This document shows positions 55,112-64,000 of a DNA stretch of 64,000 bases, one piece after another (position 1 is the stretch's first letter; each line of letters begins with the position of its first letter). Origin of the DNA: an uncultured Phycisphaerales bacterium. Lineage in GTDB: Bacteria; Planctomycetota; Phycisphaerae; Sedimentisphaerales; Anaerobacaceae. Position numbers and translations under genes: made by a program. The stretch covers positions 1 through 64,000 of the forward strand of contig CAVYYI010000002.1 in NCBI GenBank assembly GCA_963772725.1, given 5' to 3'. The notes beneath the pieces were generated by a model. That model was not told the origin of the DNA and searched no databases. It worked only from the letters and a program-made list of their open reading frames with translations.

Positions 55112-56881
55112 ATGAAACTTGACCCGACAAAAATGAAGGACTGGCAAATAGCTGAGGCGGCGGAGGAATCGGCCAAACCGCTGAATCTGTTAGCGAAGGA
55201 ATTAGGTCTCGCTGAGGATGAACTGCTGCCAATGGGCAGGCAATTAGCCAAGATTGATTATGCAAAGGCAATGGCTCGTTTGTTAAAGCAGACGGACCCG
55301 CCCGCAAAATATATAGATGTTACAGCCATAACGCCTACGCCGCTGGGTGAGGGCAAGACAACGACGGTAATCGGCCTAATCGAGGGGCTCGGCAAGCTCG
55401 GCAAACGCGTAACGGGAGCGATTAGACAGCCCAGCGGCGGACCCACGTTCAATATCAAAGGCTCGGCAGCAGGCGGCGGGCTGGCGCAGTGTATTCCGCT
55501 TGTGCCGCTTTCCATTCGTTTCACCGGCGACATCGAAAGTATTACAAACGCACATAATCTCGCGATGGTTGCACTAACAGCGCGTATGCAGCACGAGAGA
55601 AATTATGACGATGAGCGGCTGGCCAAAAGCAATCTGCGACGGCTGAACATAGATCCTGACCGCGTGCAGGTAAAATGGGCGATTGATTTCTGCGCACAGG
55701 CTCTTAGAAATATAAGTATCGGCAAAGGCGGCAACATGGACGGTTATCGATATGGAATCGGGGTTTGCGATGTCAGTTTCGAGCGAACTTATGGCGATAT
55801 TGGCGGTATCGAACGACCTTGGCGATATGCGGCAGCGGATAGCAAAAATGGTTCTCGCATACGACAAACAGGGAAATGAAGTTACCACGGCAGACCTCGA
55901 GGTTGACGGGGCAATGGCGGCATGGATGGCACAGACGATAAACCCTAACCTTGTGCAAACGATTGAGGGACAACCTGTATTTGTTCACGCTGGGCCGTTC
56001 GCTAATATCGCGATAGGACAAAGCTCCATCATCGCGGATAAACTGGCGTCGAAGCTATCCGAATATCATATAACAGAAAGCGGTTTTGCATCAGATATCG
56101 GCTACGAAAAATTCTGGAACCTGAAATGCCGAATGTCTGGCCTGAAACCCGATGCTGTGGTAATTGTCGCGACAATCCGCGCCTTGAAAATGCACGGAGG
56201 AGGCCCGGCGGTTAAACCCGGGCGCCCCTGAGCGAGGAATACACAAAAGAACATCTTGACCTGCTCGAAAAAGGCTGCGAAAATCTCGTCGCTCATATTG
56301 AAATCGTCAAAAAAAGCGGCGTCCATCCCGTGGTCTGCATCAATAGTTTTCACACCGATACAAAGGCGGAAATAGCCCTTGTTCGCAAAATCGCTGAGCA
56401 GAATGGCGCATCAGTCGCCCTGTCGGAACACTGGCTCAAAGGCGGCGATGGCGCGATTGAACTTGCGGAAAAAGTCATCGCGGCCTGTGAAGAAAAAAAT
56501 AATTTCAGGTTCCTATACGATTTGGATTTGCCGCTGAGGCAAAAAGTCGAATTAATCGCCACGGAAATTTACGGGGCTAAAGGCGTTACTTATACACCTA
56601 AAGCCCTTAGAAAAGCAAAGACTTATGAAGAAAACGGTGAGGCGAAGGGTTTCGGGATATGTATGGCCAAAACGCAGTTGAGCCTTTCGCACGACCCGAA
56701 TCTTAAGGGGCGGCCCAAAAACTGGGTACTTCCCATACAGGACTTTATGGTGTATAAAGGGGCAGGTTTTATCGTTCCGGTGGCGGGCGATATTACTTTG
56801 ATGCCCGGCACAGCGTCGAATCCGGCATTCAGGAAGATTGATATTGACGTCAACACCGGAAAAGTAACAGGAATGTTTTAA
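55112..56881 (+). CDS. fhs: Formate-tetrahydrofolate ligase, two apparent frameshifts
   Basis: [53 protein letters not shown]. Confidence 0.96.
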
Positions 56882-56901
56882 CTCAAACTATGGAGTAAAC
56901 A

Positions 56902-57783
56902 ATGGCGGCAAGGATTATCGATGGGAAGCAAATCGCGTCGGATATACGCGAAGAGCTTAAAGCTGAGGTGACCAGGTTAAAGGGAAAAGGGGTTGTACCA
57001 GGGCTTGGTGTTGTTCTCGTAGGCGAAGACCCAGCTTCTCAATCGTATGTTACCGCCAAAGAACGGGCCTGTCATGAGATTGGTATTTACTCGGATGATA
57101 ACCGGCTGCCAGCAGAAACTACGCAGAAAGAGCTTATCAGCTTAATCAATAAAATGAATGCCGACCCAAAGATTAACGGCATACTTATGCAGCTGCCTTT
57201 GCCGAAACACCTCAACGAATCGGAAGTGCTGCTAACTATCAGCCCAGACAAGGATGTAGATGGTTTCCACCCGATGAATATCGGCAAGATGGTCGCTGGC
57301 GAAAAGGCGTTTCTGCCCTGCACACCACACGGTATCATTCAGCTTCTGCTGCGAAGCGGGGTAAAGATCGAAGGCTCACACGTTGTTGTCGTCGGGCGCA
57401 GCAATATCGTTGGCAAACCCATCGCGAATATGCTGATTCAAAAATCTCCTACCGGCAACGCCACCGTAACAATCTGTCACACAAAAACGAAGAACCTCTC
57501 TTCTTATACACTGCAGGCTGATATAATTATCGCCGCCGCCGGCAGACCAAACACTATTACCGCTGATATGGTCAAAAAAGACGCGGTTGTAATAGATGTC
57601 GGTGTGAACCGAATAGAAGATAAAACTAAAAAACAAGGTTTTCGTCTCATCGGCGATGTTGATTTTGAGGCGGTAAAAGAAAAGGCAAGCCTGATTACCC
57701 CGGTACCGGGCGGCGTGGGTCCTATGACGATAACAATGCTGCTTTACAACACTATTGAATCGGCGAAAAACACGCATTCATAA
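56902..57783 (+). CDS. folD: Methylenetetrahydrofolate dehydrogenase/cyclohydrolase
   Basis: QLPLP, KDVDGFHP, PCTP, GRSNIVGKP, TPVPGGVGPMT. Confidence 0.97.
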   Translation: MAARIIDGKQIASDIREELKAEVTRLKGKGVVPGLGVVLVGEDPASQSYVTAKERACHEIGIYSDDNRLPAETTQKELISLINKMNADPKINGILMQLPLPKHLNESEVLLTISPDKDVDGFHPMNIGKMVAGEKAFLPCTPHGIIQLLLRSGVKIEGSHVVVVGRSNIVGKPIANMLIQKSPTGNATVTICHTKTKNLSSYTLQADIIIAAAGRPNTITADMVKKDAVVIDVGVNRIEDKTKKQGFRLIGDVDFEAVKEKASLITPVPGGVGPMTITMLLYNTIESAKNTHS

Positions 57784-57836
57784 AATCGGCGTAGGCGGGG
57801 GATAGATTTACATTCCTTGGGGTTTATTATAAAATA

Positions 57837-57865
57837 TTGACTTTATTTCTTTGTAAGTGTATTAT
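57837..57865 (+). promoter_or_regulatory. sigma70 promoter of the WXG100 cluster
   Basis: TTGACT-N17-TATTAT. Confidence 0.65.
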
Positions 57866-57919
57866 TTACTGTGTGTTATATAATACTTTTACAGACAACT
57901 TTATTTCTTCCGAAAAATT

Positions 57920-58192
57920 ATGGCAAAAGCTAATGTTGACCCTGAAGAGCTGAGAAGATTCGCCAAGGAACTGAATCATTTCAATACGGAAGTTGAATCC
58001 CTGGTTGGCAGAGTGCGCTCAAGATTGCGCCAGCTTGAGCAGAACTGGGACGACCAGGAACAGCAGAAATTTACAGCGGAGTTCGATATGTCGATAAAGA
58101 CATTGAGCCGTTTTTTGGAATTGTCCAAGCAATATGTTCCTTTTCTGGTTCAAAAGGCCAAACATATTGAGGATTATCTTGGTAAACATTAG
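57920..58192 (+). CDS. WXG100-family protein (W43-x-D variant)
   Basis: 90 aa helix-turn-helix hairpin, VDPEELRRFA start, central NWDD. Confidence 0.88.
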   Translation: MAKANVDPEELRRFAKELNHFNTEVESLVGRVRSRLRQLEQNWDDQEQQKFTAEFDMSIKTLSRFLELSKQYVPFLVQKAKHIEDYLGKH

Positions 58193-58200
58193 GTACCGCA

Positions 58201-59250
58201 ATGAGCAGCCCGGCAAGAATTGACTCTATTGAGGCGTTAAAAAATCTGCGAACATTTATCTGCAATATCGCAAGGAAAATTTCTACCGCGATTGATGACG
58301 CAGATTTTGAAATTTCACATACGCTCGACTGGCTCAAACATGACAGGTACCCCTACTGGAAAAACGAGATTAGAATTCGCAACGACCAGCTTGTGCGGGC
58401 CAAACTTGAACTGAAACGAAAACAGATACTCGAAAGCGCGATGGGCGGGGGACATTATTACACCGATGAGATGAAGGCGGTAGCTGTCGCACAGAGACGT
58501 TTTGACGAGGCAGAAGATAAATTAAAAAAAGTCAGCCGATGGATACCTGAACTGGAAAAAGAAAGTCATAATTGCCACGCTGCGATGCAGAGCCTGTCAA
58601 ATTTCGTTCATATAGACATACCCAATAAAAGGGCGGAAATTGATGAGATGATATATGCGCTGGAGGCTTATATAAATGTAACATCGCCTTCCACGGCGGC
58701 GGATGCATCTATCCTGCAAAACATCGGTGATGAAATATCGGTTTCTATTATTCCAACGGATAATATACCGCCGACACCGGCTGATATGGAGCGGCTTTGC
58801 AGAGAGCTTCGACTAAAAAATCCGCTGAAAGATTTGACATCGACTCTGCCAATCGCAAAATTATCGCTTAATAAATTTAAGCACCTCTCAGTCAGCAATG
58901 AAATTATGGAAATAATCAAGAAGAATAAAAAAGATACATCTTCATTTTCGGACAATGACAAAGTGGCGTTTGACCGCTCTGTTGAAAACAGCGATTTTAT
59001 TTACCTTGAAAATTTAACAGTCCCTGCGGATATGAAAATTAAATTGTATATCGGTACGGCTAAGCGGACAGGCCATGCCGACTGCTGCGTTTGCAAAATA
59101 TCGGACTTTTTGATAAGTAATCCATCTCATAGGGACATTCTGTCGCTGCCGAACGGATGGTTAGTTATTCTCAAAAATAACGTTGTGGCAGCGGTCTTTA
59201 ATGCCGATAATAAATTGGCTGGCGGTATGCAGCCAGAGGAAAAAGTGTAG
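58201..59250 (+). CDS. Helical WXG100-associated protein with C-terminal extension
   Basis: N-terminal ~160 aa helical/coiled-coil (SIEAL..LR, WL...YW, LEAY), linker, then alpha/beta tail. Confidence 0.65.
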   Translation: MSSPARIDSIEALKNLRTFICNIARKISTAIDDADFEISHTLDWLKHDRYPYWKNEIRIRNDQLVRAKLELKRKQILESAMGGGHYYTDEMKAVAVAQRRFDEAEDKLKKVSRWIPELEKESHNCHAAMQSLSNFVHIDIPNKRAEIDEMIYALEAYINVTSPSTAADASILQNIGDEISVSIIPTDNIPPTPADMERLCRELRLKNPLKDLTSTLPIAKLSLNKFKHLSVSNEIMEIIKKNKKDTSSFSDNDKVAFDRSVENSDFIYLENLTVPADMKIKLYIGTAKRTGHADCCVCKISDFLISNPSHRDILSLPNGWLVILKNNVVAAVFNADNKLAGGMQPEEKV

Positions 59251-59292
59251 ATATTAAAGTGTATTAGAAAAAATATCGCGGTGAGATAATAT

Positions 59293-59508
59293 ATGGGTGT
59301 TCATGAAAGTTGTGCGAAGATAAAACAGTCTATCGAAGACATGAATATTGTCTGGTCACAAACCAAAGAAGTCTGGAAGGATGAAAAGAGCAGGCAATTT
59401 GAAAATGAGTTTGTTGAGCGGCTGTCCGCTGAAATCAAAAAGGCGGAATCTTCACTTGATAATATATCTCCCCTGCTTAATCGCATTCAGAGTGAATTAA
59501 AGGAATAA
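59293..59508 (+). CDS. Small WXG100-like protein (WKD)
   Basis: 71 aa helical, WSQTKEVWKDEKSRQF. Confidence 0.7.
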   Translation: MGVHESCAKIKQSIEDMNIVWSQTKEVWKDEKSRQFENEFVERLSAEIKKAESSLDNISPLLNRIQSELKE

Positions 59509-62500
59509 ATGGATTTACTGGAAAACTATCTTAAACAGGAGCAATTGAGGCCTGACTACGATTATTTCGACTTGGAAGAGGCCGCGCTGCGCAATGTAAT
59601 TAAACTTTCCTCACAGAGCGTTGAGCCGATAGTAAGCCTGATTGAATCCGAATATCGCACGGCAAAAGAGACGGCTGAGGCTTTATACGAGAGCATCAAA
59701 AAGGAACTCGATAATAATTACAACTCAAGGGTTTATCAGCTTTCGCAAACCGCACATGAGCAGATTGAAAAAATCCAGAAAGGGTATAACGTCCAAAAGA
59801 ACATACTTATAAAACAAACCAAAGGCGAAAAGGAAAAAAGCGCGGACGATACGGAAATCGAACTTGCCCACTTTAAGGAAAATTACGAATATGAAATAAT
59901 GACCGCTGACGTCGTTCACTGGGGAAGCTTAAAAAAATATCAAAATAAAATGGCGGAAATCAAGGAGTCTGTTTCCGCGGCAAAAAAGGAGCTTAATGAA
60001 CTGCGTAAAAACGCGGAACAAATCCTTTCCGATTACAATGTTACGATTGACAAGCCGACCAGTGTCAAAAGTACAGAGGCCCAAGCAAAACAGGACCTGA
60101 TGGAATCTTTTCAGCAGCAGAAGAAAAATGCCGAGCTTTATCTGCGCAAATTATCAAGATTGCTTTTGCCAAAATTATTTCTCGGCGTCAACCGTTATAT
60201 AATTGCCGCAGTAATCTGTATAATATTCAGTATTGTTATCTGGCAGATAAGCAGAAATATGGCGTGGAAACCTTTGGAGTTTATGTTAATATTATCAGGC
60301 GGGTTAATTATTTCGATTGTGCTTCTGATATTATCCGGAAAGTTTTTGCTTAAAAAAGGTCAGTCACAAATAAAACGTAATTTTCAGATTTTCATCCATT
60401 CCCTGGAGACGGCTGAGACCATCATCGACAAACACCTTCAGAATTCGATTGAAGAAATTGAGCGTAATATTTCACAGGCCAGGGAAATCTATCAAAACGA
60501 AAGAAATGCCGCCGATGAAAAAATTGAAAAGATAAAAGCCGCCTTAGACCTGAAAAACAGGCTGCTGATTAAAAACAAAAGTGAACAATTCGGCCGTACC
60601 TTCAGGGAGATGGAAGAACCCTTTAATAAACAGCTTTCTCAAATTGAGCAGCAGAAAGAGGATGGGCAAAAGGCATATAAAGCTGAATATGATGAGAAAT
60701 TAAGCGAGATTCAGAAAAATCTCACGCAAAGTACAGAGCAAATAGAAAACGAGCACAATTCCAACCGGCAGCGCCTAAAGGAATGCTGGCTTGAGAGGCT
60801 AAACATCATCAAAACGCTACTTGCTGAAACTAAAAAGCTTGACCAGTCATTATCGTACGATTGGCAAAATCCCGCATGGACACAATGGAAGCCGGGAAAC
60901 ACATATAACAGGATGATACGTTTTGGAAAAATCCAGGCTGATTTAAAACCTGTCGCGGCGCGGGTAAAAGAACTGATGGACAGCGAGCTTAAAGGCATTG
61001 AAACTGTTGCCCTGCCTGCGGTTTTGGCTTTTCCAAATCACTTTTCCCTTTTTATACAAACGCCGCACAAGATGAGAGATTCGGCAGTCAATATCGTCAA
61101 AACCGCGATGGCCAGGCTGTTCACCTCAGTGCCGCCGGGACAGATTCATTTTACAATCTTTGACCCTGTGGGACTGGGCAAAAATTTTGTCGGCTTCATG
61201 CACGCCGCCGATTATCAGAAATCGCTTGTCGGCGGTCGAATATGGACAGACAGCGAGCATATTCAGCAATGCCTTACCGAGCTTACGACTCACATGGAAA
61301 ACATTATCCAAAAATATTTGCGCAACGACTATAAAACCATAGAAGCGTATAACCAGCAGGCTGGCGAATTCGCAGAGCCGTACAGGTTTTTGGTAATCGC
61401 TGATTTTCCAGCAAACTTCAATGATGAGTCGATACGGCGGTTAAAGAGCATTATAAACAGCGGGCCAAGATGCGGCGTTTATACCTTTATAGTATGCGAT
61501 GAAGGTCAGAAACTGCCGCCGGATATTTCCGTTCAGGACCTTGCCTTAAACGGCGTCCACATAGTCTATCAAAAGAACGGTTTTGTATGCCAAAATGAGA
61601 TATTTAAAAAATTTCCGCTGGAGCTGGATTCTCCGCCTTCCGAAGAGCTTTTGACTGCTCTTGTGCGCAAGGTGGGTATCGCCAGCGTTGCCTTGTCGAA
61701 AGTCGAGGTTCCCTTTGAAACAATTACACCAACTGAAAACAGCTATTGGAGCCAGGAAAGCACCTTCGAGATTAAAGTGCCAATCGGATTGGCAGGGGCA
61801 AAACGGCAGCAATATATGCAGCTCGGAAGAGGCGTCAATCAGCACATGCTCATCGCGGGCAAAACCGGTTCAGGCAAATCGACCCTGTTTCATATTATCA
61901 TCAGCAACCTGGCGATGTGGTATTCGCCAGACGAAATTGAGTTTTACCTGATTGATTTTAAGCACGGAGTCGAATTTAAAACCTATGCCATACATAAACT
62001 TCCTCATGCGCGGGCGGTGGCGATTGAAAGCGACCGCGAATTCGGTCTGAGCATTTTACAGAGACTCGACGCGGAAATGACCATTCGCGGCGAAAAGTTC
62101 CGCCAGGCAAGAACGCAGGACATATCATCGTACAGGAAGACAACAAGCGAAAAAATGCCGCGGACAATTTTAATCATTGACGAATTTCACATCCTGTTCG
62201 CCGAGGATGATAGAATTGCGCACGAAGCGACAATGCTTCTTGAAAAGCTGGTTCGCCAGGGACGTGCTTTCGGCATTCATATAATACTCGGTTCGCAAAG
62301 CCTCGCAGGAACATCGGGCGTGTCGCGGAGCATAATGGGGCAAATGGCTGTTCGAATAGCCCTGCAATGTTCTGAAATGGATGCCCAAATTATTCTTAAT
62401 GAGGATAATGTCGCAGCAAGGCTTTTATCGCGTCCCGGTGAGGCGATATATAATGACGCCGGCGGGCTGGTCGTCGGCAATAATCCTTTTCAGGTCGCCT

Positions 62501-63441
62501 GGCTTGCCAAGGCAACGCAGGATGAATATCTTTCGAACATCTCTAAAATCAGCAAACAATTAACGCTGTCGTATGAGCCTATGATTGTATTCGAGGGAAA
62601 TGTTCCAGCGGATATATCAAACAATCTTCTGCTGGCAAACCTCATACAGAATCCGTTCAGCAACGATAATCCCGCCAAACAGCCGCCTTTGGCATGGCTT
62701 GGAGAACCCGTTATCATAAAGGCACCTACAGCTGTTATCCTGCCCCGACAAAATGGCGCGAACATTCTTATTGTTGGTCAGCAGGATTTCGCTATGTGCG
62801 GCGTTTTGAGTTCTGTTTTATTGAGCCTTTTGGCACAGCTTTCCCCAAAAGCAAGTAAGTTTACCATCATGGACGCAAGTTCCGCAGACTCCTCGATTCC
62901 TGGGAAATTAAAAAAGATTGACTCATTCTTCCCGCACAAATGCAGATTCGCACAGTTAAATCAAATTCCGGATATCGTATCAGAATTGGCTCTTGAGGTA
63001 CACAAACGCCTCGAGGACAGCAGTTATGACAGCAGCGGCACGCAATTTCTTTTCATTTCAGGCGTGCAGCGTTTGCGTATGCTTTACCGAAAAGAAGACG
63101 ACTGGAGCATCCATCAGGACGAAAAGAATATCAGTTCCGACAAACAGTTGGCGGAAATTCTCCGTGCTGGCCCTTCGGTGGGAATCCATACGATTATCGG
63201 GGTCGATACATTTAATACCATTGAACGGATTATAGACCGTCAGACTTTGCGCGAATTTAATAATCGTGTGCTGTTCCAGATGAGCACCGCGGATTCGAGC
63301 AACCTTGTTGACAACCCTATTGCCAATCAATTAGGCTTCCAGCGAGCATTATTTTATAACGAAGAACAGGGCATCCTTGAAAAATTTCGTTTCTACGCCC
63401 CTCCTGATGATGCCTGGCTAAAAAAGAATTTCCATGCTTAA
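59509..63441 (+). CDS. FtsK/SpoIIIE-family (EccC/EssC-like) membrane ATPase
   Basis: Coiled coil, two TMs, coiled coil, three RecA-like domains; HMLIAGKTGSGKS, LIDFKHG, LIIDEFH, GRAFGIHIILGSQ. Confidence 0.92.
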   Translation: MDLLENYLKQEQLRPDYDYFDLEEAALRNVIKLSSQSVEPIVSLIESEYRTAKETAEALYESIKKELDNNYNSRVYQLSQTAHEQIEKIQKGYNVQKNILIKQTKGEKEKSADDTEIELAHFKENYEYEIMTADVVHWGSLKKYQNKMAEIKESVSAAKKELNELRKNAEQILSDYNVTIDKPTSVKSTEAQAKQDLMESFQQQKKNAELYLRKLSRLLLPKLFLGVNRYIIAAVICIIFSIVIWQISRNMAWKPLEFMLILSGGLIISIVLLILSGKFLLKKGQSQIKRNFQIFIHSLETAETIIDKHLQNSIEEIERNISQAREIYQNERNAADEKIEKIKAALDLKNRLLIKNKSEQFGRTFREMEEPFNKQLSQIEQQKEDGQKAYKAEYDEKLSEIQKNLTQSTEQIENEHNSNRQRLKECWLERLNIIKTLLAETKKLDQSLSYDWQNPAWTQWKPGNTYNRMIRFGKIQADLKPVAARVKELMDSELKGIETVALPAVLAFPNHFSLFIQTPHKMRDSAVNIVKTAMARLFTSVPPGQIHFTIFDPVGLGKNFVGFMHAADYQKSLVGGRIWTDSEHIQQCLTELTTHMENIIQKYLRNDYKTIEAYNQQAGEFAEPYRFLVIADFPANFNDESIRRLKSIINSGPRCGVYTFIVCDEGQKLPPDISVQDLALNGVHIVYQKNGFVCQNEIFKKFPLELDSPPSEELLTALVRKVGIASVALSKVEVPFETITPTENSYWSQESTFEIKVPIGLAGAKRQQYMQLGRGVNQHMLIAGKTGSGKSTLFHIIISNLAMWYSPDEIEFYLIDFKHGVEFKTYAIHKLPHARAVAIESDREFGLSILQRLDAEMTIRGEKFRQARTQDISSYRKTTSEKMPRTILIIDEFHILFAEDDRIAHEATMLLEKLVRQGRAFGIHIILGSQSLAGTSGVSRSIMGQMAVRIALQCSEMDAQIILNEDNVAARLLSRPGEAIYNDAGGLVVGNNPFQVAWLAKATQDEYLSNISKISKQLTLSYEPMIVFEGNVPADISNNLLLANLIQNPFSNDNPAKQPPLAWLGEPVIIKAPTAVILPRQNGANILIVGQQDFAMCGVLSSVLLSLLAQLSPKASKFTIMDASSADSSIPGKLKKIDSFFPHKCRFAQLNQIPDIVSELALEVHKRLEDSSYDSSGTQFLFISGVQRLRMLYRKEDDWSIHQDEKNISSDKQLAEILRAGPSVGIHTIIGVDTFNTIERIIDRQTLREFNNRVLFQMSTADSSNLVDNPIANQLGFQRALFYNEEQGILEKFRFYAPPDDAWLKKNFHA

Positions 63442-63516
63442 GGCAACAGCGAAACTGCCAAAAGCATTGGAACTTGAACTGTTAAAGAAAAAAAATAAAA
63501 AAGGTAAGGTGAAATT

Positions 63517-63843
63517 ATGGCAAATATAACTAAAAGAAAGCTTTTTAAAAATTCCATACTTTGCACTATCTCTTTACTAATACTATATCTTACATTTATG
63601 ATTGGAAGATATTCTTGGTTAATTGAGAAACCCTCCTACTTGTTCAGTCCAAGAGAAAAGTTTTGGATAAGCAAAGCAAGAGAATTTGTGAAAGAGGATG
63701 GTTTTAGCGAAAATAAACTTAAAAAACCAAGTATGATATATGCTGTTATAGTAAATTTTAAAAATGAAACTGGTGAAAATACTGTAACAGTAACACTTGA
63801 GAAAACAAGCGGCGAACTATTAAGTTTTTCGGGAAACCAATAG
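63517..63843 (+). CDS. Small single-TM hypothetical protein
   Basis: AGGTG RBS, N-terminal TM, AT-rich. Confidence 0.65.
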   Translation: MANITKRKLFKNSILCTISLLILYLTFMIGRYSWLIEKPSYLFSPREKFWISKAREFVKEDGFSENKLKKPSMIYAVIVNFKNETGENTVTVTLEKTSGELLSFSGNQ

Positions 63844-63910
63844 TAATAATTAAATAAAAAAGCAAGGGGGGTTTCAAACTCAGCCTAAAACACCACAGTA
63901 AAATACTGTA

Positions 63911-63985
63911 CGGAGCAGGAGGGATTCGAACCCCCGGTACCAGCAGACACACGGTTTTCAAGACTGTCGCATTCAGCCGCTCTGC
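63911..63985 (-). pseudogene. 5'-truncated tRNA-Ser(TGA), att-site-like remnant
   Basis: GCAGAGCGGCTGAATGCG-ACAGT CT TGA AA ACCGT-long variable arm-GGGGGTTCGAATCCCTCCTGCTCCG; 5' acceptor strand absent, one anticodon-stem mismatch. Confidence 0.75.
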
Positions 63986-64000
63986 AATTTGAGCTAATTT

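Noticed and set aside
55112..57783. Evidence for a Wood-Ljungdahl pathway
   Set aside because: fhs and folD alone are general one-carbon metabolism genes; no acs/cdh genes are in the window
59509..63441. Cell-division FtsK or conjugative coupling protein
   Set aside because: No gamma domain or 4-TM N-terminus, multiple RecA-like domains, WXG100-like neighbours, and no conjugation genes

Overview
Chromosomal window, probably from an anaerobic Planctomycetota bacterium (Phycisphaerae/Sedimentisphaerales-like). This is inferred from the zinc-ribbon SpoVG, the planctomycete-type prepilin protein, the PEP-CTERM protein and the HTH-REC regulator, not from a marker gene. About 20 single-base frameshifts, many in homopolymers and several in housekeeping genes, point to an unpolished long-read assembly. 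Left to right: a type IV pilus locus (pilO-N-M, minor pilins, pilA, pilC, pilT, pilB) interrupted by a HEPN-MNT toxin-antitoxin pair; a two-partner secretion pair whose TpsA carries six near-identical 300-bp Ig-like repeats; TPR and LTA-synthase-family genes; tRNA-Pro; priA; mnmA; an FG-GAP protein; a FlgM-like gene; spoVG-ispE; dedA; a small accessory islet (21-bp palindrome array, HExxH/DUF4160-like fusion, PEP-CTERM gene with a highly structured leader); GSIII glnA; nadE; tRNA-Arg; maf; glycosyltransferases; a two-component pair; cimA; fhs-folD; a compact type VII-like cluster (three WXG100-like genes plus an FtsK/EccC-like ATPase); and a 5'-truncated tRNA-Ser. The most notable observations are: (1) the minimal WxD-type T7SS-like operon in a probable diderm; (2) a modular intergenic repeat system of 9-bp triplets and heptamers, with a 39-bp palindrome present at three filled sites and absent from one empty site; (3) sigma28-type promoters on pilus genes together with a FlgM-like gene; (4) the 21-bp phased palindrome array; (5) an attenuator-like leader RNA.
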